A stretch of 64,000 nt of DNA, taken from Thermofilaceae archaeon. GTDB taxonomy: Archaea > Thermoproteota > Thermoprotei > Thermofilales > Thermofilaceae. Numbering within the stretch: position 1 is the stretch's first letter; the number at the start of each line of letters is the position of its first letter. Shown here one piece after another: positions 19,472 to 28,727 of this stretch. The stretch lies in assembly GCA_038861545.1 (NCBI GenBank), contig JAWCCZ010000001.1:256001-320000 (forward strand), given 5' to 3'. The position numbers and the translations under genes were made by a program. The notes below the pieces were generated by a model that saw only the letters and a program-made list of their open reading frames with translations, was not told the DNA's origin and searched no databases.

Positions 19472-20566
19472 ATGGGCTCTGAAACTACTAAACAGGTTCA
19501 GCTACTGGTAACTTGTAAGGTTGGAATGGAGAGAATCGTCTCTTCCTATATTAAGGAGCTCATCCCGCAAGCTAGTATTGTACCAGCACCTCATGGTTTC
19601 CTCGGTTTAATCCTTGTTTCAAATATAAAGGATCCATATAAAGTTCTGGATGAAATTAAAGCCAAAGTACCTGAGGTGGAAAGGGTTTATCCAATTCTAG
19701 AGTCATGTGAGGCTTTGCTCGATGAGATCGTAAAGTATGCGAAGAAGATTGCTGGTCATATATATGCCGAGGAAAGTTTCGCTGTGGTAACTGTAAGAAG
19801 AGGGAAGCATGATTTTAAGTCCCTAGACGTTAATGTAGCGGTCGGTGCAGCTGTTAAAGAGCTCACAGGAGCAAAAGTTGATCTAGAGAACCCGGATAAA
19901 GTGCTAGTAGTTCAAATACTGCATAACATGGCCTATCTAACAGTAGTGCAAGGCTCCGAGTTCCATAAGAAGATGAAACCGTATAAGTTTCCAATGTATA
20001 AGTTTTTTAGAAAACTCGCCGTGGCACACGAGCCTTATCTCGGTCCGAGTGATGCAGCGTACAATATGGGGACAAGGATTGGAAGAGAAGTTCAGACTTA
20101 CGAGCTCGGCAAACTATACGTAGCTCCGATAGGTCCTGTAGAAGCTGAACCTCTCTATTATTTTCTAAAAGGATTATTTGAAGGGGCAAGATCCCGTTAC
20201 GAGGTTCAAAAGAAAAGCTATGGGCGTGAAGTGCACCGTACGGTCTTCCAAGTACAGGACATGTACCAATGGGTTCGCTCCAGAATGGGAAAGCCTTTAA
20301 TAATTTTCGAGCCAGAAGGTGAGCCGGTCTCTCGCTTAGGAAATGAACTTACAGAGTTTATAATCTCCAATGTTAGAAAGGGGAGGGAAATAGGGTTGAT
20401 GGTCGGGGCTAGAGAGGGTGTGCCAACCGGCTTGTTCAGATACGCGGACTTTATTTTAGATGTAACGCCTGGAGTGATCATATCAACTGAGTACGCATTA
20501 TCTTCGGCCCTGGTAGCTTTAACAACTGTACTACACGGGGCGCTTGCCCAGGAAAACGAGTTTTAG
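19472..20566 (+). CDS. THUMP domain plus SPOUT-family RNA methyltransferase
   Basis: FAVVTVRRGKHDF and VDLENPDKV (THUMP); VGAREGVP and ISTEYA (SPOUT); alternative start 19463. Confidence 0.88.
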   Translation: MGSETTKQVQLLVTCKVGMERIVSSYIKELIPQASIVPAPHGFLGLILVSNIKDPYKVLDEIKAKVPEVERVYPILESCEALLDEIVKYAKKIAGHIYAEESFAVVTVRRGKHDFKSLDVNVAVGAAVKELTGAKVDLENPDKVLVVQILHNMAYLTVVQGSEFHKKMKPYKFPMYKFFRKLAVAHEPYLGPSDAAYNMGTRIGREVQTYELGKLYVAPIGPVEAEPLYYFLKGLFEGARSRYEVQKKSYGREVHRTVFQVQDMYQWVRSRMGKPLIIFEPEGEPVSRLGNELTEFIISNVRKGREIGLMVGAREGVPTGLFRYADFILDVTPGVIISTEYALSSALVALTTVLHGALAQENEF

Positions 20567-20612
20567 TTTTAAAAATAGCAACACTTAAAGCACGGGTTTT
20601 CCTTAGGGCGGC

Positions 20613-20840
20613 ATGGCTAAAGCGCGTGTTGAAGCTTGCAGCTATAAGGGATGTGCAGAAGCGGCAACTTACATACTTGAGCTTAACGGTAAGAGGTTCA
20701 ATGTTTGCAGAAGCCATTACCGGGAGTTACTACGGCGTTTAGAGGAGAAGGCAAAAGAAATTGGAGTAGCTTCGTTATCGGAGCTAAGTCCAACAGAAGT
20801 TGAAGGTGGGGTCCGCTCTTTTAAGTTTCGCAAAAATTAG
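20613..20840 (+). CDS. Small hypothetical protein, putative Zn finger
   Basis: C-x4-C...C-x2-H; own TATA-like element upstream. Confidence 0.6.
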   Translation: MAKARVEACSYKGCAEAATYILELNGKRFNVCRSHYRELLRRLEEKAKEIGVASLSELSPTEVEGGVRSFKFRKN

Positions 20841-21178
20841 TGCCACTGCATGCCACCTTAGCTTGTTGGCATTTATTCATAGGTCATTTTTCTATGAAGC
20901 CAAAGCGCGTTTAAGTACTTGAAGCGATTTTAATGTGTGTTAGGAGATTGAGCTAGAATATTAAGAACCAAGGATGACTTAAGAAGGAACATTTACGCCA
21001 AGTATCCGAACGCTAAACTTCTAGACCACCATGTATCGATTTCATGCATAAATAACAGTTCCAGCTTTTTAGAGATCCACTATAATTCTTTTTGAGAACT
21101 ATCGGGATGCAACTGACTAGCCTCTTATACTCTTTTTATAACTTAAATAAATTTAAAGTTTATAAATAAAAATTTGAA

Positions 21179-21397
21179 TCAACCACCATAGAGCCGTTTA
21201 AGGTGCTCCTCCTCCCTATGCGCTATCGTTATAGCACCTGTTGGACAGTGCGTGATGCATGCCCTGCACATCACACATTTGTCTTCGTTAACCGGGTATG
21301 ATTTCCCCCGCTTTATCACAAAAACCCCACTGGGACAGACTTTGTAGCACGTTGCACAGCCGGTGCACCTATTATGGTCAACTATAACGCGCGGCAT
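21179..21397 (-). CDS. 2x[4Fe-4S] ferredoxin
   Basis: CTGCATCYKVCP and CVMCRACITHCP. Confidence 0.93.
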   Translation of the reverse strand: MPRVIVDHNRCTGCATCYKVCPSGVFVIKRGKSYPVNEDKCVMCRACITHCPTGAITIAHREEEHLKRLYGG

Positions 21398-21406
21398 ATT
21401 TTTCGG

Positions 21407-22366
21407 TTAGGGTACAACCTCTATAATTTCATACTGTTTAGTGCCAAGGCCAGCTTTCTCCGCGGCCTCCACTTGGATGTAAGGATCTTTGCCGTGGATT
21501 TTCAGCCACTTATTGTCTCCGGGCTTCAAACCTAATTTATCGGCGATAGAGCCTGGAATGTTCGGGGCTTCATCGATTATCTTCAGCGAGGCATATTCAA
21601 CGGCAACGATGTCCTCGGAGATCAGGATACCTATGTCGGGTACTATTGGTATGTCTGACCAAGGCGCGCAATCACACATTGTCTGAACATCCATAACGTA
21701 ATTAATATGTAAAGCCTTTCCCCTCTTATTCTTGAGGACGGCCTTTGCAGCGTCCACGCACCCCTCCTGAAAAGCTTTCCCGATGTTGTCAAGTTTCTCG
21801 AGCTGGTGAATCTCGCCACGCGTTTTATAGCTAGTACATCCCATTGCGAGGTTCTTGATCGCTCCACCGATGCCAGGAGCTATATGCCCCTTAACGTGAG
21901 AGAAGTTAATGAGAATATCCGCATCATGAATGTTACCAGCTACTTGAACTTTCTTCAGATGGTAGTAGGTATCGGGCTCCACTTCGTAAAAGAAGTTCTC
22001 TTTAATACCGTTGGCTGGTATGAGAGGCGCACCAACAACGTCATAACCGAAGCCGTTATAGATCCCAGCAAGAACGTGTCTTAACCCCCAAGTATCAGTT
22101 ATGAAAGGGATCCCACCTAGTTGCTTCACGTAATCAACAAGGATGCGTACGAAAACTGGTCTGATGTAGCGGAAGCCGCCTTCCTCCATCGGGCCTACAT
22201 GAACCTTAATAGCCACAATGTTTCCTTTCTCTATAATATTACTGAGTAGCGACTTCTCTAGAGCTTTCTTAAACTTTACAGGGAGGCTCCCTTCCCTGGC
22301 TCGGCTAAAATCTCCACCGCTCGGCGGGGTGAATTGAGCGTTCGCAAAGTAGACTTTGCTAGTCAT
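21407..22366 (-). CDS. DUF362 Fe-S protein
   Basis: VAIKVHVG, SHVKGH, GGAIKNLAMGC, CDC, DIGILIS. Confidence 0.9.
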   Translation of the reverse strand: MTSKVYFANAQFTPPSGGDFSRAREGSLPVKFKKALEKSLLSNIIEKGNIVAIKVHVGPMEEGGFRYIRPVFVRILVDYVKQLGGIPFITDTWGLRHVLAGIYNGFGYDVVGAPLIPANGIKENFFYEVEPDTYYHLKKVQVAGNIHDADILINFSHVKGHIAPGIGGAIKNLAMGCTSYKTRGEIHQLEKLDNIGKAFQEGCVDAAKAVLKNKRGKALHINYVMDVQTMCDCAPWSDIPIVPDIGILISEDIVAVEYASLKIIDEAPNIPGSIADKLGLKPGDNKWLKIHGKDPYIQVEAAEKAGLGTKQYEIIEVVP

Positions 22367-22505
22367 AATCAGGCCCTAAGAGCTATACTATAAAAAAATT
22401 ACGTAATATCTAAAATACCTTTTTAGTTTGCTTTCCTACCTAAACGAATAGAAAAGCCACTTTTTAGTTGGATAAGCTTCGTCTATAACTTATATAGCCA
22501 TGTTA

Positions 22506-24005
22506 CTAACTCCCTGCGTAGCGTATGTAAACGTTCATTCTATCTTCCTCAACAGTAGAGGAATAACCTGCTTTAATTAGTTCCTCCATTGAAAGCCTTA
22601 ACCATTGGCCAAAGTAACCGGAAGCCGTGTTATCGGGATCGATTGTTGATAGATCTCTATAGCCCAGCTGTTTAGCCACAGGTATCAGTACGTATTTTGA
22701 TGCCCAGTAATCTAATGCTGCTGGATCTTGGCTAGCCGCTATTATGTTCACCATAACGGCTCGATCGTAGGGAGTTGAGGGGCCTCCTCTGGGATGTGGA
22801 TTGATCCAGATCGAGTCAAGGATATTAAGAATGGGTACACGCGTTTCCACCATCACAGTACCCATACCCCCTTTACCTACACTGTTGTGCGGGTTATGGC
22901 CTGTTAATCGATCGCTAACCACTCCCATATAATGTTTTATACACGCCGTTACACCATATATCGAATGAGTTTTCAATACGGGTACGTTTAGCACCTTTAG
23001 CCTTGAGCTATTATATTCCTCTTTCTCCGGATTCCATACACCTAGCTTAAAACTAATGTAAGTACCATACTTAGTTTTAAACTTGGGATAAGAAACCACG
23101 ATTCCAGTCCTGGGGTTTTGCGCATCGTAAACTACGTATCCATCTTCCAGGTCGCCATCGCTGTACTCCTTTGCACGCTTCAGCGTAATGGTATCCCATA
23201 GGTACGTTGAAACTCTATAACCCTGCCCGGCGAAGAAGTCCGCAACCTTCTGCATAGACTGAGAGGTATCCTCTGCGTTATTTTCCTTCCAGTCTAGGCT
23301 ACCTCCTATGCCCTGGCTTCCGTACTGTGCCTGTCCATTATCGGCTATAACTATTTCACCAGTAAACCCATCAGGATGATTTATGATCACCTGGATCAAT
23401 GATTTCACCAGATCTGTACTCGTGCCACCACGCTGATCCCACTGAGAATTTACCTTAATTATAACTACATCATCAGCCGCTATTAATCCATTTGGCCCCA
23501 TGGTTTTTTCAGTTTTATCCGACCTGTAGAATTTCACTCCATGTTCCCCCATTAACTCGATTAACGCTAAAAGGTCGTTTTCCTTTCCCCTTGCACCGGT
23601 TACAACGAATATGCTTGAAGCAGGTTGCTCTGAGGCTATCCACTCTTTTATTTCTAACTGGATTGCTCTACTTGGCTTAAAGGCTATCATGTAAGTTATA
23701 AATCCCGCCGCTACAAGCGCAGCGAGCATTAGTAGTAATGTAATCCTTTTTCCCGTGAAAATCCGTATAAGAGGGGTGGTTAGTGGTATAACATAAATGG
23801 CCAACCATAAACTCGCGTTGGTTAAAGCGGCTTTTTGGCATGGATACTGAATCCGAGATGGTTTAGTGCCGGTACGCAGTAGGAACCAAATCAAGCTTGC
23901 AAGACCTATGATAAAGAAACGGTCAAATCGGTTACAAATGACCGAGTTTCCTTTGTTTTTATCGATGCTAGATGCTTCCAGCCAGAGTTTCTTAAGTGCT
24001 TCCAC
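22506..24005 (-). CDS. DUF362 domain protein with N-terminal membrane segments
   Basis: WFLLRTGTKPSRIQYPCQ membrane module; VIIKVN, PVLKTHSIYGVTACIKHYMG, ASQDPAALD. Confidence 0.85.
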   Translation of the reverse strand: MEALKKLWLEASSIDKNKGNSVICNRFDRFFIIGLASLIWFLLRTGTKPSRIQYPCQKAALTNASLWLAIYVIPLTTPLIRIFTGKRITLLLMLAALVAAGFITYMIAFKPSRAIQLEIKEWIASEQPASSIFVVTGARGKENDLLALIELMGEHGVKFYRSDKTEKTMGPNGLIAADDVVIIKVNSQWDQRGGTSTDLVKSLIQVIINHPDGFTGEIVIADNGQAQYGSQGIGGSLDWKENNAEDTSQSMQKVADFFAGQGYRVSTYLWDTITLKRAKEYSDGDLEDGYVVYDAQNPRTGIVVSYPKFKTKYGTYISFKLGVWNPEKEEYNSSRLKVLNVPVLKTHSIYGVTACIKHYMGVVSDRLTGHNPHNSVGKGGMGTVMVETRVPILNILDSIWINPHPRGGPSTPYDRAVMVNIIAASQDPAALDYWASKYVLIPVAKQLGYRDLSTIDPDNTASGYFGQWLRLSMEELIKAGYSSTVEEDRMNVYIRYAGS

Positions 24006-24167
24006 ATAATTACTACTTTAACGGTTTTATAGGTTTTGACTTTAACAGGATCCTATCAGAGTTCCACTTTGTTTATCAGTTAGTTAAAAGTCGTTAAAAA
24101 TTTTGCTATAAAGTAATTTTATAATAATAATTCTTTTTTACTTGAGTTTAACAAACAATATGTTATC

Positions 24168-24659
24168 ATGACATCTAAATGGCTTCCCCGGGGGTTATCT
24201 ACACTTGGTCTACTAGTCCTTTTATGTTCGTTTAGAAATCCCTGGGTAATCATGCGAGTAGGGGACTTAAAGATCAGTTACACTCCCTATAGTCTGCTAG
24301 ACTGGTTGGCTAGCGGAGGACAGGCCTCAGCGTTGGAATTACTCACTATAGCGGAAAACCTAGAGGCAGCCGTTCGTCTTTACTCCATTTTCCTTTTGCA
24401 TTCGTTTCTTTTTGCGCTTGCATTAATTATCTGTTTATTAACTCCGATTACTGCATCCGTCGGCAGTTGTGCATTGTCAGCAGTTTTTTCAATAGCGTCG
24501 CTTGCAACGCTTCACTATTTCATTGAAGAGTTGGTTAAGGAACTGAAAGCTTCGGGAGTAGCATGTGGCTTTCAGCTTGGAAGCGGGGCAATGTTAATCA
24601 CTTTTTCAATAATCCTTTACTTGGGAGGGGCGTTATCGGCTTGGCGCATATCAAAATAG
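24168..24659 (+). CDS. Hypothetical membrane protein (about 4 TM)
   Basis: 163-aa hydrophobic ORF with AT-rich promoter region upstream. Confidence 0.7.
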   Translation: MTSKWLPRGLSTLGLLVLLCSFRNPWVIMRVGDLKISYTPYSLLDWLASGGQASALELLTIAENLEAAVRLYSIFLLHSFLFALALIICLLTPITASVGSCALSAVFSIASLATLHYFIEELVKELKASGVACGFQLGSGAMLITFSIILYLGGALSAWRISK

Positions 24660-24742
24660 CTTTGTCCTCGGTAGTTACTGACTCATGTATCAATTATTAA
24701 CTAAAGTAAAAAGATATATTGACCCTATATCAAACCCTCACC

Positions 24743-24851
24743 GGGCCGGTAGATCAGACTGGGAGATCGTCCGCTTGGCATGCGGGAGATCCTCTCGAGA
24801 AAGCCTCGAGAGAACCCGATGCCCCGGGTTCAAGTCCCGGCCGGTCCACCA
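24743..24851 (+). tRNA. tRNA-Ala(GGC) with 32-nt intron at 45/46 (24789-24820); CCA encoded
   Basis: Acceptor GGGCCGG/CCGGTCC with G3.U70; D stem GATC/GATC; anticodon arm TCCGC-TTGGCAT-GCGGG; T arm CCGGG-TTCAAGT-CCCGG; intron removal restores variable loop AGGCC. Confidence 0.95.
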
Positions 24852-24931
24852 CTCAGATCCTTTGACGTTCATCTATGAACTATAAGTTCCGAAAAGTTTT
24901 AAACGATAGCTTATAGAGTAACCAGGTTGTT

Positions 24932-26044
24932 ATGAAGGAGAAAATACTCCTACTGCTGGGTCTGGTAGCTATAGCGATGATAGCAGTAGTGATCGTGGAC
25001 TTAGCAGCAAGCTGGGGTGCCCCTGGCTTAACAGTTTCATACTCGTGGTGGCTTGTAGGCTTAGTTGGATACGCTATATCAATGATTACCCTTGTTACTG
25101 CGTACGGTATCTTTGGAAGACGCCTTTCACCGACGCCAGTTAGCTTAGGAGGATTAAGAGCCTCCATGTTAGCCACTAGTGCGGCGGTTATAGGTGGTTG
25201 GATAATCATCTTAGCTTTTCTCTCGGCTTTTCTAAATCCGGAATTAATTTCACAGTTAACTTTCCTTTCACTGGTTTACGCAGCGATACCCTCACTATTT
25301 TCTTGGCTTCTATCGCCAGCGCTCATTAATTTAATCTATGGTTGTCATCCTGACCCCTCTATTCAGGAGGTTGTTAACAGGGTTGCCGCTAAGGCTGGTA
25401 TGAAGCCACCAAAAGCGATGATCGCTAGAATGAAGGAACCCAACGCTTTCGCTTACTCTTCACCCATACTTGGTAGCTATATCGCCGTGACAGAGGGTAT
25501 GTTGCACATCTCTAGGGTAGAGGAGTTAGAGGCTGTAATAGGCCACGAGCTGGGGCACCATAAGCATAGGGATAACGTCGTAGTCCTGGTCTTTGGATTG
25601 TTACCCTCTGTCATCTATTTCCTCGGCAGGTACCTTATGTATGCTGGCATGTACTCAAGGTACTATTATGACGGTGATCGGAGTAGAAGGAGCGAAGGTA
25701 ACTTTGTTTTTCTCTTGACTGGTATAGCCTTAATGGCCATAAGCGTGCTTATTCAGCTCGGTGTCCTAGCTCTCTCCAGGCTACGCGAGTTCTACGCGGA
25801 TGCTCATGGTGCTAAGGTAACCACACCAGATTCTATGATTGGGGCACTGCACTCTCTTAATTCGTTTTACAATAGGTATAAGGCAGCAAGGGCTAAAGTA
25901 GATAGTAGCAAGCTAAAAATGCTTTTCATTTATGCTTTAACCGATCCATATATTGGCTTCGAGGAATTGTTATCTACCCATCCGCCAATAGAGAAAAGAA
26001 TCGCTTTTCTGAGCTCGCTTAGAGGTACCAGTATTAAAGCATAG
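24932..26044 (+). CDS. htpX: Zinc metalloprotease HtpX (M48)
   Basis: PNAFA, HELGH, SRLREFYAD, STHPPIEKRI. Confidence 0.93.
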   Translation: MKEKILLLLGLVAIAMIAVVIVDLAASWGAPGLTVSYSWWLVGLVGYAISMITLVTAYGIFGRRLSPTPVSLGGLRASMLATSAAVIGGWIIILAFLSAFLNPELISQLTFLSLVYAAIPSLFSWLLSPALINLIYGCHPDPSIQEVVNRVAAKAGMKPPKAMIARMKEPNAFAYSSPILGSYIAVTEGMLHISRVEELEAVIGHELGHHKHRDNVVVLVFGLLPSVIYFLGRYLMYAGMYSRYYYDGDRSRRSEGNFVFLLTGIALMAISVLIQLGVLALSRLREFYADAHGAKVTTPDSMIGALHSLNSFYNRYKAARAKVDSSKLKMLFIYALTDPYIGFEELLSTHPPIEKRIAFLSSLRGTSIKA

Positions 26045-26074
26045 GCAATATAACCCTTTGATTTTTTCTTTTCT

Positions 26075-27736
26075 GTGCATAAAGTTCGTCGGTTGGTAAT
26101 TACTATTTTTGCAGTCATTACCGTAGCATTTCTAGTATTTTTCGGAATATGGTTCTCGGGTAGAGGTAATCGGGCTCTTCGAATGAGGCTTCTCTATGAG
26201 GGCTGCAGATACGGGACTCCACCCAACCCCTTATTGGTTAGGAATTGGTTTGAGAAAGGGGAGATAGCATCTTTTGAGTTTGAAGTTGAGAATCCCCTTC
26301 AACAGGATTTGTGGGTCACGTTCTTGTTAAAGCCTCTGGGTACCGGCGACGCGCTGGTAGTCAAGGAAGAGACGGTTAAGGCGGGTGAGGGGAAAAGGAT
26401 TGCTTTTGAAGTTGACACAAGTAATTTGGAAATAGGGTTATACAAGGTTTCAGCAAACATAGGGGGAGTAGGGGAGATAGAAGCAAATACTGCCCCTTTT
26501 AATTTGACAAACCTGGATTCGTATCCTTGGCTGCTTGCCGTACTCAGTGGATCGGCTAAATGTTTAGAAGATTCACTCGATGGGTTACCTAAATTAATTG
26601 TTAGTAAGGGGCTGGGAGTAAATATTCACTTTATCGCTCCGGGAAAAGTGGAAAAGCTGGACTTGGATATGATCGCTTACGCCGGTTTCAATCTTATTAG
26701 GATGGATCTTTTCTGGCATGAGATTGAACGTAATATCGGGTCCCATGATTTCTCGAGTTATATTGCACTGACAAGTGAACTTAAAGAACGTGGTTTACGT
26801 CCCTTGTATATTCTCGACTACGGGAATCCTCTCTATGAAAACGGCTTACCCCCACGCACAGATAGTGGTGTAGCAGCCTTCGTTATGTATGCGAGAAGTT
26901 GCGCTGAAGTATTTAGAGATTATGCTATTTACGAAATCTGGAATGAACCTAACATCCCAGTTTTCTGGAAGCCATCACCTAACACAAGTGATTACGCACG
27001 ACTGGCAAAAGCAACGGTGCAGGGAATTCGAGAAGTATGTGGAAAGTGTACCATATTAGCTCCCGCAACATCCGGTGTAGATACGGATTTCATAACACAT
27101 ATTTCAATGTTAAAAGCTCTCGACCACGTCGACGCAGTTTCAGTTCACCCATATCGTAACTCACCGCCAGAAACCGCCTTAAACGATCTGGAGAATCTAA
27201 GGAATTTGACTGGTGATAGGGCAATAGCTATTAGCGAGTGGGGTTATCCCACTGGAGGGAGTTACGGGAATAAGGTCGATGTTATAAAGCAGGCACAATA
27301 CATCGTTAGAGTATATCTTGTTAGTTTACTGGCACGAGCTCCGATTACCATATTATACGACTGGAAGGACGATGGGTTATTACTCGAAGATAGTGAACAC
27401 AATTTCGGCCTGGTAGCGCATCACATAAGAGGTCTCGAATGGTTCATTATTAAGCCAGCATACTTTGCTATTTACAACTTTAACCGTTTGCTCTGTGGCT
27501 TTTCCCCTGCTGGTACACTAAATACTAATGGCGTGTACTCCTTAATACTTGAGAAAAACGGAGAAAAGCGAATTGTGCTATGGACTCAAGGTCCAGAAGT
27601 CGAAATTGAATTAAACTTGCAGGAATCCGAAATCGAAATATTGCATTTATTTGGGGGGGTCGAGCATTTATACTCAGAAAGCGGAACTTACATGGTCAGG
27701 GTAGATGGATCTCCCAAAATAGTAAGGTTGCCATGA
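26075..27736 (+). CDS. Membrane-anchored clan GH-A glycoside hydrolase (GH39/GH5-like) with N-terminal Ig-like domain
   Basis: N-terminal TM; IRMDLFW, EIWNEPN (acid/base), SVHPY, ISEWGY (nucleophile). Confidence 0.85.
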   Translation: MHKVRRLVITIFAVITVAFLVFFGIWFSGRGNRALRMRLLYEGCRYGTPPNPLLVRNWFEKGEIASFEFEVENPLQQDLWVTFLLKPLGTGDALVVKEETVKAGEGKRIAFEVDTSNLEIGLYKVSANIGGVGEIEANTAPFNLTNLDSYPWLLAVLSGSAKCLEDSLDGLPKLIVSKGLGVNIHFIAPGKVEKLDLDMIAYAGFNLIRMDLFWHEIERNIGSHDFSSYIALTSELKERGLRPLYILDYGNPLYENGLPPRTDSGVAAFVMYARSCAEVFRDYAIYEIWNEPNIPVFWKPSPNTSDYARLAKATVQGIREVCGKCTILAPATSGVDTDFITHISMLKALDHVDAVSVHPYRNSPPETALNDLENLRNLTGDRAIAISEWGYPTGGSYGNKVDVIKQAQYIVRVYLVSLLARAPITILYDWKDDGLLLEDSEHNFGLVAHHIRGLEWFIIKPAYFAIYNFNRLLCGFSPAGTLNTNGVYSLILEKNGEKRIVLWTQGPEVEIELNLQESEIEILHLFGGVEHLYSESGTYMVRVDGSPKIVRLP

Positions 27737-27772
27737 TATCGAGCTTAATAACCGTAGGCGGGAGTAATTACT

Positions 27773-28696
27773 ATGAGTCGAGTTTACGCGGCTAAATGTG
27801 ATTCTCTAGGAGCTGGTATATCCGAGATTCTAAACTTAATAGAATTAGGGGATATAGGCGGGAAAGTTATTGTAAAAGTAAATTTTGTTTCAGCTTATGA
27901 GCCACTGTGCGCCACGCCTGTCGAGGCTGTTGAAGAGCTGGTCAAATTCCTCTCAAGTCGGTGTAGAATTATTATTGCTGAAGCGCCGACAATCGGCAGG
28001 TTTAAGGATGCTGTGCGAAGATACGGCTATGAAAGGCTCTTAGAGTATGGTGTTGAGTTTTTTGACTTGAGTGAGGATGACTACGAGGATTTCTACGTGT
28101 GGGGAAGAAACCTGAAGCGTGACATAAAAGTAAAGGTATCCAGAACCATACTGCAGTGCGATTGGTTAGTATCGCTGGTTCGCCCGAAAACTCACGATGC
28201 TGTAATCGTTACCTTGACCGTAAAAAATGTGGCAGTTGGTGCACTAGAACCAGGTAGCCGTCATAAAATTCATCAAGGCTATAAAGCTATGAACATTAAT
28301 CTGGCTTATCTAGCCACACGGCTGATGCCAAAATTATCCCTTATCGATGGCTATGTTGGTATGCAGGGAGCTGGTCCTACACGTGGTGCTCCTTGCATCC
28401 TAGGCGTCTCCCTTGGCGGCCGTAACGCGGTGTCTGTGGATGCTATGGCAGCGACTATAATAGGTTTTAACCCATTCGATATTGGGTACCTTTATTACAT
28501 TTCGAAATGGGGTTATGGGTCGATAGGCCCCAATGACATCAAAGTAGTAGGGCTACAGGATTGGCGACTTTACGCGAAAAGTTTTCAACCTCATCCCAAT
28601 TTTCAACGTCAACTTGAGTGGAGGCTTAGGTCAGACGAGCTCGTAAAGGTTGAAGAAGAACTAGTGGATGAAGGTGTTATCCGCGAAGCTCCGTAA
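27773..28696 (+). CDS. DUF362 domain protein
   Basis: VIVKVNFV, PKTHDAVIVTLTVKN, IDGYVGMQGAGP. Confidence 0.87.
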   Translation: MSRVYAAKCDSLGAGISEILNLIELGDIGGKVIVKVNFVSAYEPLCATPVEAVEELVKFLSSRCRIIIAEAPTIGRFKDAVRRYGYERLLEYGVEFFDLSEDDYEDFYVWGRNLKRDIKVKVSRTILQCDWLVSLVRPKTHDAVIVTLTVKNVAVGALEPGSRHKIHQGYKAMNINLAYLATRLMPKLSLIDGYVGMQGAGPTRGAPCILGVSLGGRNAVSVDAMAATIIGFNPFDIGYLYYISKWGYGSIGPNDIKVVGLQDWRLYAKSFQPHPNFQRQLEWRLRSDELVKVEEELVDEGVIREAP

Positions 28697-28727
28697 CTTG
28701 TTTTAAAGAGTATCTGCACCCCATCCT

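Noticed and set aside
20841-21178. Open stretch RILRTKDDLRRNIYAKYP... in an intergenic gap
   Set aside because: No start codon in frame and no recognisable family
24852-24878. Minus-strand AGATGAA-N11-CTGA, a half C/D motif
   Set aside because: No second box pair; abuts the tRNA 3' end; likely chance
24685-24885. 66-aa ORF
   Set aside because: Spans the tRNA-Ala gene; spurious
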